Positions 10,087-19,886 of a DNA stretch of 64,000 nt are shown piece by piece. Source of the DNA: an uncultured Candidatus Binatia bacterium (GTDB lineage: Bacteria > Desulfobacterota > Binatia > UBA9968 > JAJDTQ01). Position numbers and translations under genes: made by a program. Under the pieces are notes generated by a model. The model did not search any database, was not told the origin of the DNA, and saw only the letters and a list, made by a program, of their open reading frames with translations. Position 1 is the first letter of the stretch. Every line of letters starts with the position of its first letter. The DNA is taken from the NCBI GenBank assembly GCA_965242525.1, contig OZ251459.1, positions 2,784,001-2,848,000 of the forward strand, read 5' to 3'.

Positions 10087-10611
10087 ATGGCTGCGAACGA
10101 GAAAAGGGAAATCAAGAGGGGCATCTGGAGTCGTCGGGACTTCTTCGGTCGGCTTGGCTGGTGCGGTTTCGGGGTGTTCTCCCTGGTCAGCCTCTTCGGC
10201 TTCCTCCGGTCTGCGTTTCCGCGGGTGCTGTTCAAGCCCCCCTCCACGTTCAAGGCCGGTTTCCCTTCCGACTACACGGTCGGCGAGGTGAGCGAGAAGT
10301 TCAAGAAGGATTACCGGGTGTGGATCGTGCGCGAGGAGGCGGGCTTCTACGCGGTCTTCGCCAAGTGCACCCACCTGGGCTGCACCCCGCGCTGGCTCGC
10401 GGCCGAGGCCAAGTTCAAGTGTCCCTGCCACGGCAGCGGCTTCTTCAAGTCGGGGCTGAACTTCGAAGGGCCGGCGCCCCGGCCCCTGGACCGGTTCGAG
10501 ATCGCGCTGGCGGAAGACGGCCAGCTCATCGTGGACAAGGCGAAGGAGTACCGGATGGCCCCGGGCGCGGAGCCGGACGAGCAGCACCCCAACAGCATCC
10601 TCAAGGCTTGA
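10087..10611 (+). CDS. Rieske 2Fe-2S subunit
   Basis: Tat motif SRRDFF; CTHLGC and CPCHGS; GPAPRPL. Confidence 0.95.
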   Translation: MAANEKREIKRGIWSRRDFFGRLGWCGFGVFSLVSLFGFLRSAFPRVLFKPPSTFKAGFPSDYTVGEVSEKFKKDYRVWIVREEAGFYAVFAKCTHLGCTPRWLAAEAKFKCPCHGSGFFKSGLNFEGPAPRPLDRFEIALAEDGQLIVDKAKEYRMAPGAEPDEQHPNSILKA

Positions 10612-10619
10612 GACGGACC

Positions 10620-11390
10620 ATGATCAACCTGGAACAGATCAAGAAGGACATCGTGGAGAGCCATGTCTGGAAGTCCATCTTCCGGCACGGCTACGAGGAC
10701 ACGCCCAGGAACCGCGTGCTCATGGTCACGGGCAACGTGTGGATGCACCTGCACCCCGCCAAGGTCCGCAAGCACGCCGTGCGCATGCGCTTCACCTGGT
10801 GCATGGGGGGGCTCACCTTCCTCATGTTCCTGCTCACGGTGGTGACCGGCATCTACCTCATGTTCTACTACCGTCCGGTGCCCCAGTACGCCTACGCGGA
10901 CATGAAGTACCTGGAGTTCGACATGCCCTTCGGCATGCTCATGCGCAACATGCACCGGTGGGCCGCCCACGCCATGGTCATATTCGTGTGGCTGCACATG
11001 TTCCGGGTCTTCCTCACCGGCTCCTACAAGCCGCCGCGGGAGTTCAACTGGATCGTCGGCGTGCTGCTGCTGGTGCTGACCCTGCTGCTGAGCTTCACGG
11101 GCTACCTGCTGCCGTGGGACCAGCTCGCCATCTGGGCCGTGACCGTGGGCTCCAACATGGCGCGGGCCACGCCGCTCCTGGGGCACGAAGGCCCCTTCGC
11201 CGAGCTGGTGGGGGCCAACCCGGTGTACGATGCGCGCGCGTTCCTGTTCGGCGGCGGCGAGATCGGTCCGCACACGCTGCTGCGTTTCTACATACTCCAC
11301 TGCATCTTCATCCCGCTGGTGGCCAGCCTGCTCATGGCGGTGCACTTCTGGCGCATCCGCAGGGACGGCTTTTCCGGCCCTCCGCTATAA
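10620..11390 (+). CDS. Cytochrome b6-like (N-terminal cytochrome b)
   Basis: WCMGG, RNMHRWAAH, HMFRV, TGYLLPWDQ, RFYILH. Confidence 0.93.
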   Translation: MINLEQIKKDIVESHVWKSIFRHGYEDTPRNRVLMVTGNVWMHLHPAKVRKHAVRMRFTWCMGGLTFLMFLLTVVTGIYLMFYYRPVPQYAYADMKYLEFDMPFGMLMRNMHRWAAHAMVIFVWLHMFRVFLTGSYKPPREFNWIVGVLLLVLTLLLSFTGYLLPWDQLAIWAVTVGSNMARATPLLGHEGPFAELVGANPVYDARAFLFGGGEIGPHTLLRFYILHCIFIPLVASLLMAVHFWRIRRDGFSGPPL

Positions 11391-11433
11391 GAGTCCACGG
11401 GGTTCGTCGTTCCAGGGGAAAGGTAGCGAGGGC

Positions 11434-12204
11434 ATGGCTCAGGCCGAGGAAAGAAGCCGGGCGATCATCGTGGACGACAAGATCCACACGTGGCCGCACC
11501 TGGTCCGGGGCGAGTTCCTGGTGACCATATTCGTGCTGGTGGCCATGGCGTTGTGGTCGCTGCTGGTGGACGCGCCGCTGGAGGAGCCCGCCAACCCCGC
11601 CCGCACCCCCAACCCGTCCAAGGCCCCCTGGTACTTCCTCGGCCTGCAGGAGATGCTGGTCTATTTCGACCCGTGGTACGCGGGGGTGGTGCTGCCCACG
11701 TTCATCATCATCGGCCTGATGGTGGTCCCCTTCATCGACATCAACCCCAAGGGCAACGGCTACTACGCCTTCAAGGACCGCAAGTGGGAGATCCTCACCT
11801 TCTACCTGGGGTTCCACGTCCTGTGGGTGGTCACCATCATCATCGGCACGTTCTTCCGTGGCCCCGGGTGGAACCTGTTCTGGCCGTGGCAGCGCTGGGA
11901 CCCCCACAAGGTGGTGGCGCTCACCAACGTGGACCTGCCGTACCTGGTGGGCCTGCGGGACTACTGGGCCATGGCCGCCTTCGGGTTCGTCCTGGTGCTG
12001 CTCTACTTCGTGGTCTCGGTGTGGCTGTTCTACAAGTGGGTCATCTGGATCAAGGGCAGGGAGTTCATGGTCCGGTGGGGCGCCGTCCGGTTCGCCATAA
12101 CGGCCTTCCTCTTCGTGACGATGATGGGGCTCCCGGTCAAGATGTTCTTGCGGCTGGTCTTCAACATCAAGTACATCATGGTTACCCCCTGGCTCAACAT
12201 CTGA
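11434..12204 (+). CDS. Subunit IV-like (C-terminal cytochrome b)
   Basis: PANPARTPNPSKAPWYF; several TM helices. Confidence 0.85.
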   Translation: MAQAEERSRAIIVDDKIHTWPHLVRGEFLVTIFVLVAMALWSLLVDAPLEEPANPARTPNPSKAPWYFLGLQEMLVYFDPWYAGVVLPTFIIIGLMVVPFIDINPKGNGYYAFKDRKWEILTFYLGFHVLWVVTIIIGTFFRGPGWNLFWPWQRWDPHKVVALTNVDLPYLVGLRDYWAMAAFGFVLVLLYFVVSVWLFYKWVIWIKGREFMVRWGAVRFAITAFLFVTMMGLPVKMFLRLVFNIKYIMVTPWLNI

Positions 12205-12371
12205 TGTTCTACGTGGCAAAGCTCCTCCAGGCCCTGGGCATTGCAGACGTGGGTTACGCGGTGTTCGTGGGCGTCTTCCAGGGCATCGCAATGGCCGAGG
12301 AGATCGTCCTGACCCTCATCGGCGTGGCGGTGTTCTCGCTGGGGCGCCTGTTGGAGAGCAAGGCGGCCTGA
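12204..12371 (+). CDS. Small two-helix membrane protein (55 aa)
   Basis: ATG overlaps upstream TGA; hydrophobic MFYVAKLLQALG... Confidence 0.6.
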   Translation: MFYVAKLLQALGIADVGYAVFVGVFQGIAMAEEIVLTLIGVAVFSLGRLLESKAA

Positions 12372-12426
12372 GTCCGCCGCAAGACGGCGGCAGGCCGGAT
12401 CCTCTGCGTGCGGCAAGGGAGAGTGA

Positions 12427-15150
12427 ATGGCGGTTCGCGGCGTCGATCCCGACGAAGAAAAGAAATCCTACGGGACGGCCTTTTTCGTAGGCTCCATCCT
12501 CCTGGTGGTGGTGTCCCTGTGGGCGGTCTTCGACGACAACTTCACGAGACGGGTGTGGAAGGTCCACCAGTCGGAGTTCTTCCGCACGGATTACGAGCGC
12601 GCCGCGGCGGCGTTGGCCGGGGAACAGGAGCGCCTGGACGCGGACCCCGAGTACCAGGAGCTGGTGCGGAAGCGGGACGCCGAAGCCCGGAGCCTGGAGA
12701 GCGGCGAGAAGGGCGCCCGGCTGGCCGCGCTCAGGGAGCGCCTCGCCCAGGTGGAGGTGGAGTTCTTCGACGCCGACCAGAACGTCAAGTTCGTCAAGAG
12801 CGAGCTCGAAGAGGCCTGGTACGAGTTCGACCACGCGGTCCAGCAGGGGCGCGACGGCAGTCCCTACAGGAAGCACATCGCCGAGCTGGACGAGGTCCGG
12901 CACTCGCTGGAGCCGGCCCTGGAAGCCGCGCGCAAGGAGCGCGTGGACCTGAAGGCCGAGATCAAGGCGCTGGAGAGCGGGGTCAAGGAGATCGAGGAAG
13001 AGATCTACGGGCTGGAAGGCGAGAAACGGAAGTGGCGGCGCCAGATGGACAACGCCACCGTCACCGTCGGCCCGGAGGGTCTCCCGCAGTTCACGCTGTA
13101 CAAGGTCCCCAAGATCGAACAGGTGGTGCTCAAGGACTTCGACCGCAACAACTTCGACCAGATGGTGGACCGGGTGGACCGCTGCCAGACGTGCCACATC
13201 GCCGTCAACCGGGAGGGTTTCGACGACCTCCCGCATCCCCTCAGGACCCATCCCAAGCGGAGGCTGTTCCTGGGCGACGCGGCGCACCCGCCGAGGATCT
13301 ACGGCTGCACCACCTGCCACGACGGACAGGGCGAAGCGGTGAACAGCCTGGCCCAGGCCCACGGCCATGTGAAGTTCTGGGAGCATCCGCTGCACGAGGG
13401 CGACGACGTCCAGGCCAACTGCGTCACCTGCCACCTGAACGTCCAGGGCCTGGAGGGCGCGGAAGTCGTGGGACGGGGGCAGCGCATATTCGAGCAGGTG
13501 GGTTGCACGGGTTGCCACCTGGTGGAAGGCTACGACGACATCCCCAAGGTGGGTCCGAGCCTCCGGCGGGTCCGCGCCAAGCTGGATCCCGGCTGGATGG
13601 TCCGGTGGATCCTGGACCCCCGGGCGTACCGGCCCCATACCCGGATGCCCCACTTCTATTTCGACGAGGACCAGGCGCTGGCCGCGGCCTCCTACCTGTG
13701 GTCCGCGTCCAGGAAGGATGCGGAGGCATGGCTGGCTGAGCACCCCATGCCCGAGGGTTACCGGCCCGACCACCCGGCCACGGTCGAAAAGGGCGCGGAG
13801 CTCGCCCGTTCGCTTGGGTGCCAGGGGTGCCACGGCTTGGCCGAGGGCGAGTTCGCCACCCGCATCGCGGGCAAGGACTTGGTCCCCAACCTCAAGGACA
13901 TCGCCGCCAAGGTAGGGCCTCGATGGACCTACAACTGGCTGCGGAACCCCGAGAGCTACAACCCCGACACGCGGATGCCGAGCCTGCGCCTGACCGACGA
14001 CGAGGCCTTGGCCCTCACCGCCTACCTCATGACGCTGGGAACGAAACCGGAACCCGCCCCCGAGTTGGCCGCGCGCCTCGATGACCCGGCCAACGTGGCC
14101 GAGGGCGAGAAGCTGGTGCGGAAATACGGCTGCGCCGGTTGCCACGACATCCCCGGGATGGAGAATGAGTCCCGCATCGGCGTCGAGTTGACGGTCTTCG
14201 GCTCCAAGCCCCTGGAAGAGCTGTTCTTCGGCAACGAGACGGAGGTCCCGCATACCTGGAGCGACTGGACCTACCACAAGGTCCTCAACCCCCGCGTGTA
14301 CGCCACCGAGCGCGTGGAGCAGTTGATGCCCCATTTCGACCTCCCCGGCGAGGACATCGAGGCGCTGCGGGTGCTGCTGCGCGGTTTCGTAGAGCGCAAG
14401 GTGCCCGAGGCGTTCCGGGCGGACCGTTCCGAGCGCGCCGCGCAGATATCCAGGGGCCGCCGCAAGATCCAGGAATACAACTGCGTGGGCTGCCACGTGG
14501 TGGACGGGGACGGCGGGTACGTTCGCAAGTATTACGAGGAGAGTCCGACCCTGGCGCCACCGGTGCTCGACGGCGAAGGCGAGAAGGTCCAGCCCAACTG
14601 GTTGTTCGGCTTCCTGCAGAACCCGCAGCCGGGCATCCGGCCGTGGCTCAGGATCCGCATGCCCAGCTTCGGTTTCGACGCCCCGCAGGCCGACGTCTTC
14701 GTGGACTATTTCGCCGCCCGGTCCGACGTGGAGATCCCCTACGTCCACTTCGACGAAGCGCAGGCCCCCGCGGGTTACCTGGAAGCCGGCCGCAAGCTGT
14801 TCTCCGACGACTACTTCGAGTGCGGCAACTGCCACCAGCAGGGGGACAAGAAGCCGGAGGGCCCGGTGGAGGACTGGGCGCCGGACCTGAACCTGGCCTA
14901 CCGGAGGTTGAACCCGGACTGGATCGAGAAGTGGATCCTCGACCCGCAGAAGCTGGAGCCGGGGACCAGGATGCCCTCCTTCTATCCGGGCGGACCCGAG
15001 GACATCCTCGACGGGGACGAGAAGAAGCAGATCGAGGCGCTGACCGACTACATCATGAGTCTGGGCCTCGGGCCGGCCAAGGCCGCCAGGGCGCGAGGCG
15101 CGTCCGCCGCGGCCGGGACCGGTGTTGCGGAAACGAACAAACGGGGCTAG
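12427..15150 (+). CDS. Membrane-anchored multiheme cytochrome c (8 CxxCH)
   Basis: CQTCH, CTTCH, CVTCH, CTGCH, CQGCH, CAGCH, CVGCH, CGNCH; N-terminal TM and coiled coil. Confidence 0.92.
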   Translation: MAVRGVDPDEEKKSYGTAFFVGSILLVVVSLWAVFDDNFTRRVWKVHQSEFFRTDYERAAAALAGEQERLDADPEYQELVRKRDAEARSLESGEKGARLAALRERLAQVEVEFFDADQNVKFVKSELEEAWYEFDHAVQQGRDGSPYRKHIAELDEVRHSLEPALEAARKERVDLKAEIKALESGVKEIEEEIYGLEGEKRKWRRQMDNATVTVGPEGLPQFTLYKVPKIEQVVLKDFDRNNFDQMVDRVDRCQTCHIAVNREGFDDLPHPLRTHPKRRLFLGDAAHPPRIYGCTTCHDGQGEAVNSLAQAHGHVKFWEHPLHEGDDVQANCVTCHLNVQGLEGAEVVGRGQRIFEQVGCTGCHLVEGYDDIPKVGPSLRRVRAKLDPGWMVRWILDPRAYRPHTRMPHFYFDEDQALAAASYLWSASRKDAEAWLAEHPMPEGYRPDHPATVEKGAELARSLGCQGCHGLAEGEFATRIAGKDLVPNLKDIAAKVGPRWTYNWLRNPESYNPDTRMPSLRLTDDEALALTAYLMTLGTKPEPAPELAARLDDPANVAEGEKLVRKYGCAGCHDIPGMENESRIGVELTVFGSKPLEELFFGNETEVPHTWSDWTYHKVLNPRVYATERVEQLMPHFDLPGEDIEALRVLLRGFVERKVPEAFRADRSERAAQISRGRRKIQEYNCVGCHVVDGDGGYVRKYYEESPTLAPPVLDGEGEKVQPNWLFGFLQNPQPGIRPWLRIRMPSFGFDAPQADVFVDYFAARSDVEIPYVHFDEAQAPAGYLEAGRKLFSDDYFECGNCHQQGDKKPEGPVEDWAPDLNLAYRRLNPDWIEKWILDPQKLEPGTRMPSFYPGGPEDILDGDEKKQIEALTDYIMSLGLGPAKAARARGASAAAGTGVAETNKRG

Positions 15151-15185
15151 GCTGGAGAAGAGACGCCTCAGAAGGAGAGACAGAC

Positions 15186-15896
15186 ATGAACCGCAGTTTC
15201 GCAACCCTCGCCGTGCTGTTCCTTTCGATGACGGTTCCGCCTGCCCTGGGCGCTTACGTGGGAGGCGACGTCTCCAACGGCGGATCGATCTCGGGCGCCG
15301 TGCTGTTCGAGGGGACCGTGCCCAAGCCCAAGAAGCTCAAGGTCACCAAGGACAAGAAGCGGTGCGACCAGTCGCCCAAGTTCGACCAGTCCCTGGTGGC
15401 CAAGGACGGCAAGCTGGTGAACGCGGTGGTCTATATCCGCGAGATCGAGAAGGGCAAGAAGATGGACATGTCGGGGGTCACCCTCGACCAGAACGGTTGC
15501 GAGTACCAGCCGCACGTCCTCGCCGTTCCCGCGGGCGCGGACGTCACCATCCTGAACCCGGACAAGGTGCTCCACAACATCCACACCTACAGCAAGGTCA
15601 ACAAGCCCATGAACCGGGCCCAGCCGAAGTTCAAGAAGAAGCTCAAGGTGAAGTTCGACAAGCCGGAGATCATGGAGGTCAAGTGCGACGTCCACGGCTG
15701 GATGGGCGGCTGGATCTTCGTGGCCGGCAACCCCTACTACAGCGTCACCGGGGAGGACGGCGCGTTCAGCCTCACCGACGTGCCCGCGGGCAGTTACAAG
15801 GTCGAGCTCTGGCACGAGACCCTGGGCACGCAGTCCGTGGAAGTCGAAGTGAAGGCCGGAGAGACCGCCAGGGTCGATTTCAAGTTCGCCGGCTGA
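15186..15896 (+). CDS. Secreted carboxypeptidase-regulatory-like/cupredoxin-like protein
   Basis: Signal peptide; HNIH and CDVHGWM; GGAG RBS. Confidence 0.75.
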   Translation: MNRSFATLAVLFLSMTVPPALGAYVGGDVSNGGSISGAVLFEGTVPKPKKLKVTKDKKRCDQSPKFDQSLVAKDGKLVNAVVYIREIEKGKKMDMSGVTLDQNGCEYQPHVLAVPAGADVTILNPDKVLHNIHTYSKVNKPMNRAQPKFKKKLKVKFDKPEIMEVKCDVHGWMGGWIFVAGNPYYSVTGEDGAFSLTDVPAGSYKVELWHETLGTQSVEVEVKAGETARVDFKFAG

Positions 15897-15948
15897 GCCG
15901 CCCCGTCCGCACTCGCCGCGGCGCCGGTCATCGCGCGCCGCGGCGCGA

Positions 15949-16632
15949 CTACATCCCCACACGGTTCCTGAAGAAGTTCCAGGCGCGTTCCATGTCCGGG
16001 GGCGGGAGGGCCTCCCTCTGCCGCGGGCCCGCGGCCTCCCGGGGAAGGAACCGCGGCTTGCCCACCTGCATGGCGCCGTAGAGCACCTGCGCCGCTTCCT
16101 CCAGGTAGATGGCCATCATCACCGCTTCCGGGACGGTCCTGCCCACGGTCACCTGCCCGTTCCCCTGGAGCAGCACCGCGGGCCCGTCGGACAGGGCCGC
16201 GGCCGCGCCCTCGCCCAGGGCGCGGGTGGAGACGAGGTCGATGGTCCTGAAGACCGGCACCCCGCCGCTGAAGAAGCTGCCGTGGTTGTGCACCGCGTCC
16301 AGAGGCGTGTCCGTCACCGAGAAGACGTTGGCGGTCCGGGCGTGGATGCGCGTGACCGCGTTCACGTCCGGCCGGGCGTTGAAGACCGCGGTGTGGAGCG
16401 CGGTCTCGAACGGCGGCGGCGCCGGCGCTTCCAGCACCTGCCCTTGCAGGTTCAGGACCACGAGCTGGCTTGCCTCCACCAACTCCAGGCTGACCCGCGG
16501 GGTGATCACGAACAGGTCCGAGTCCGGGATCCGGGCGCTCACGTGGCCGAAACCCTGCACCAGGCCCTCACGGCTCAAGATCCGCGCCGCGGCGATGACG
16601 TCCTCGTTGAGTTGCTCGACTCCGTCCGGCAT
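15949..16632 (-). CDS. Class II aldolase/adducin family protein
   Basis: GFGHVSAR, ETALHTAVFNARPDV, VLLQGNG. Confidence 0.85.
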   Translation of the reverse strand: MPDGVEQLNEDVIAAARILSREGLVQGFGHVSARIPDSDLFVITPRVSLELVEASQLVVLNLQGQVLEAPAPPPFETALHTAVFNARPDVNAVTRIHARTANVFSVTDTPLDAVHNHGSFFSGGVPVFRTIDLVSTRALGEGAAAALSDGPAVLLQGNGQVTVGRTVPEAVMMAIYLEEAAQVLYGAMQVGKPRFLPREAAGPRQREALPPPDMERAWNFFRNRVGM

Positions 16633-16732
16633 CCTTCGTCTCCCACTTCGGCTTCGAGGATAACTCCGGTCCCCTCCCCCCGAACTCCGATTACTACCAC
16701 ACGTACCGGCGTGCTGACCAGCCAGGCATCGA

Positions 16733-16939
16733 GGAACATCTGGACGATCGGGACATGCAGGATGGATTCCCTCGCCCCGACCCTCCTATCCCCGTTCGCC
16801 CCGAACGTAGCGAAGCGGAGTCCCTCCGTTCATGCCGAGCGTAGCGAAAAGCGGAAGCCCCCTTCCGTTCGTCCTGAGCGTAGCGAAGCGGAGTCGAAGG
16901 ACGCGCTCATGCCCCCTGTCCCGATTGTTCAGAGGTTCC
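16733..16939. mobile_element. MITE family A with triplicated core
   Basis: GGAACATCTGGACGATCG...CGATTGTTCAGAGGTTCC; flanks TCGA/TTGA. Confidence 0.75.
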
Positions 16940-17139
16940 TTGATTTCGGGGCGTTTGCGAGCGACGTAGTTGTCGGCGGTCATAGGGCCGCCGACCGGGC
17001 GGCTCAAGGATCCCCTCGTTCCTTACGCGAGGGAGAGGTTGCAACCTGTTGAAATTACGGGCAAAATGTAACTTGTCATTGCAAGATGGCACGTTGCCGA
17101 GCCTGCTGGGGGAGTGCGGACATGCTCATCAAGCTCTGG

Positions 17140-17242
17140 AAGAGGCGAACCCGAAGCCCATTACCATTCCGAACAAGCCGGGCTACCGTGACCCCGATGC
17201 AATCCCTAGCGGAACGTGGGAGACGTTCGAGCGTATCCCGGG
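17140..17242 (+). pseudogene. Remnant of a DUF4276-like protein C-terminal part, ending at a partial family A core
   Basis: TIPNKPGYRDPDAIPSGTWETFERI resembles the YRDPDAI.GGTWE.LER segment I recall from DUF4276 proteins. Confidence 0.5.
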
Positions 17243-17321
17243 ACCGTCCTGAGCGAAGCGAAATCGAAGGACGCGCTTTCACGGAAACGCCGCCTATACC
17301 CTCCATGCAGGGAAGAAGCCC

Positions 17322-18434
17322 ATGATGAAGAACAGGCTCGATTCCATAACCCTCAAGGGCTTCAAGACCATTCAATCCCTGGATGACTTCAAGCCCGGTT
17401 CGTTGACGGTGCTCATTGGCCCCAACGGAGTGGGCAAGTCTAACTTCATCTCGTTCTTCCGCATGATGAGATGGGCGCTGGGGGATGAGGGCGGCCTCCC
17501 GGAATACGTGGCGCGGCAAGGAGGCGCAAGCGCGCTCCTGCACGACGGTTCCGATCGCAGCCGCGAGATCGAAGCCGAACTGACGATCCGAACCGTTCGC
17601 GGCGAGAACCAATATGGTTTCCGTCTGATCCATGCGGCCGGAGACACACTGATATTCACCGTCGAACGCTACCGTTTCTCCAGCGAAAGCCGCGACGATA
17701 CGGCCCCCTGGCAGGGCGAGGACGAGGCCGGCCACCGCACTCCGAGCCTCACTCGACACGCCGACACCCACCGGACGGCTCTCGTCATTCGGAACCTCCT
17801 GCGCAGGATCATCGTGCACCAGTTTCACGACACCTCTGCGACCGCCCGTATCCGGAACAAATGGAACGTGCAAGACGCCCGTTATCTCAAGGAAGACGCA
17901 GCCAACCTCGTGCCGGTGCTGAATCGTCTGCAACAGCACGAACCCGATTACTACCGGCGGATCGTGGACACCATTCGCCTGATCCTGCCCTTCTTCTCGG
18001 ATTTCGAGTTGGTTCCCGACCATGGATACCTGCTGCTCGCCTGGCGTGAACGGGACAGTGACCGGGTGTTCGATGCGTCACAGGCATCGGACGGGATGCT
18101 CCGAGTCATGGCCCTCGTTACGCTCCTGCTTCAACCGAAAGACGACCTGCCTGACGTCCTGATCCTAGACGAACCGGAGCTTGGACTTCACCCCTACGCC
18201 ATCAACGTGATAGGCGGGCTGATACGCGCCGTGTCCACGAAAGTACAGGTCATTGCCGCTACCCAGTCCACGGCCTTCGTGGACAGCTTCGATCCCGAGC
18301 AAATAGTCGTCGTGGAGCGCGACGGACGCAGGTCCGTATTCCGACGGCTGGATTCCGACGGCCTGGCGGAGTGGCTCGGAGACTATTCGCTGTCCGAGCT
18401 ATGGGAGAAGAACGTGCTCGGCGGACGACCCTGA
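17322..18434 (+). CDS. ABC/AAA_21-type ATPase 1 (no intact partner)
   Basis: GPNGVGKS, ASDG, LILDEPELGLHP, LWEKNVLGGRP tail. Confidence 0.88.
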   Translation: MMKNRLDSITLKGFKTIQSLDDFKPGSLTVLIGPNGVGKSNFISFFRMMRWALGDEGGLPEYVARQGGASALLHDGSDRSREIEAELTIRTVRGENQYGFRLIHAAGDTLIFTVERYRFSSESRDDTAPWQGEDEAGHRTPSLTRHADTHRTALVIRNLLRRIIVHQFHDTSATARIRNKWNVQDARYLKEDAANLVPVLNRLQQHEPDYYRRIVDTIRLILPFFSDFELVPDHGYLLLAWRERDSDRVFDASQASDGMLRVMALVTLLLQPKDDLPDVLILDEPELGLHPYAINVIGGLIRAVSTKVQVIAATQSTAFVDSFDPEQIVVVERDGRRSVFRRLDSDGLAEWLGDYSLSELWEKNVLGGRP

Positions 18435-18505
18435 TTTCGGAGAATGGCTCAACCGCTTGGAAAGTATCGAGTAAGGATGACGCCGCGATGGGGAAGATTG
18501 ATCCC

Positions 18506-18607
18506 ATGACGTATTCTGAACTGCTATCGTGTATCACCGCACGCCCCGATGTCTTCAGCAAGGAGGACCGCAACATCGCCGCCTTCGAGATGGAGCGCGC
18601 AGTATAG
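18506..18607 (+). pseudogene. Possible DUF433 antitoxin N-terminal remnant
   Basis: ELLSCITARPDVF resembles DUF433 start (LL.RIT..P.VFGGKP), then diverges. Confidence 0.4.
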
Positions 18608-18701
18608 GTCTGTCGCAGGGCCGACGCCGTCCTGTCCCGCTCCAACAGGCATCCATGGATGCAGGTTGAAGCCCTGACGACCCATACCAGGAGATTGACA
18701 C

Positions 18702-19886
18702 ATGCTCATCAAAAGCATCCGGCTGACCAACCTGCTCTCCTTCGGACCGGACACGGAGGAGTTGGAGCTCGCGCCCCTGAACGTCTTGATAGGACCCAAC
18801 GGATCGGGGAAGTCGAACTTCATCGAAGCGCTGGGCCTGTTGAAGGCCATACCCAGGGACCTCACGGCTCCCATCGTGGCGAGCGGAGGCATCTACAACT
18901 GGATCTGGCGAGGCGAACCCGAAGCGTCCCTTGCCTGTATCGAGACGGTTATCGACTATCCCCAAGCCAATTATCCCCAGGCTCGGACACTCAAGTATCG
19001 TCTCGGGTTCACCGAAAAGGGTCAAAGGTTCGGATTGACGGAGGAATGGATCGGGAATGAATCTGCAATCGAAGACCATCGTAAACCGTATTTTTACTAC
19101 GAGTTGCAGGGCACCCGTGCGGTGCTGAACTACAAGGATGGCGAAGAACGTCAGTTGCGACCCGAGGAGTTCGATCCCGAGCAGTCCATCCTCGCCCAGC
19201 GCAAGGACCCGGACCATTACCCGGAATTGACTTGGCTCGGCCAAGAGTTCGCCCGTATGCGAATCTATCGGGAGTGGTCCTTCGGTCGGCAGACGCCGCC
19301 ACGTGTGCCACAGGATGCGGCACTGCCCAATGACTTCCTGAGCGAAAACGGGAACAACCTCGGCCTGGTGCTGAACAAGCTGCGAAGGACACCGAGCACC
19401 AAACAGCAAATGCAGGAAGCGTTATGCCAACTCTACGACAGCGTTAAAGACTTCGACGTGGTCATAGAAGGCGGAACCGTTCAAGTCTTCATGGAGGAAG
19501 ACGACATAACCAGGACGATGCCGGCCACACGCCTGTCGGACGGGACCTTGCGCTACCTCTCCCTGCTGACCATACTGTGCCATCCCAATCCGCCGCCGCT
19601 GGTCTGCATCGAGGAGCCGGAACTGGGTCTGCATCCCGACATCCTGCCCGGTCTCGCCGACCTCATCCGGGACGCCTCCGAACGGTGCCAATTGGTCGTG
19701 ACCACCCATTCGGACGTACTCGTGGACAAGCTCACCGACACCCCCGAAAGCGTCGTCGTTTGCGACAAACACGACGGCAAGACGGAAATGCAACGCCTGG
19801 ACAAGGACAAGCTCTCCGATTGGCTCAAGAAATACAGTCTGGGAGACCTATGGACGAAAGGCGGGTTGGGAGGGACGCGCTGGTGA
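18702..19886 (+). CDS. ABC/AAA_21-type ATPase 2
   Basis: GPNGSGKS, LSDG, CIEEPELGLHP, TTHS; AGGAG RBS. Confidence 0.9.
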   Translation: MLIKSIRLTNLLSFGPDTEELELAPLNVLIGPNGSGKSNFIEALGLLKAIPRDLTAPIVASGGIYNWIWRGEPEASLACIETVIDYPQANYPQARTLKYRLGFTEKGQRFGLTEEWIGNESAIEDHRKPYFYYELQGTRAVLNYKDGEERQLRPEEFDPEQSILAQRKDPDHYPELTWLGQEFARMRIYREWSFGRQTPPRVPQDAALPNDFLSENGNNLGLVLNKLRRTPSTKQQMQEALCQLYDSVKDFDVVIEGGTVQVFMEEDDITRTMPATRLSDGTLRYLSLLTILCHPNPPPLVCIEEPELGLHPDILPGLADLIRDASERCQLVVTTHSDVLVDKLTDTPESVVVCDKHDGKTEMQRLDKDKLSDWLKKYSLGDLWTKGGLGGTRW

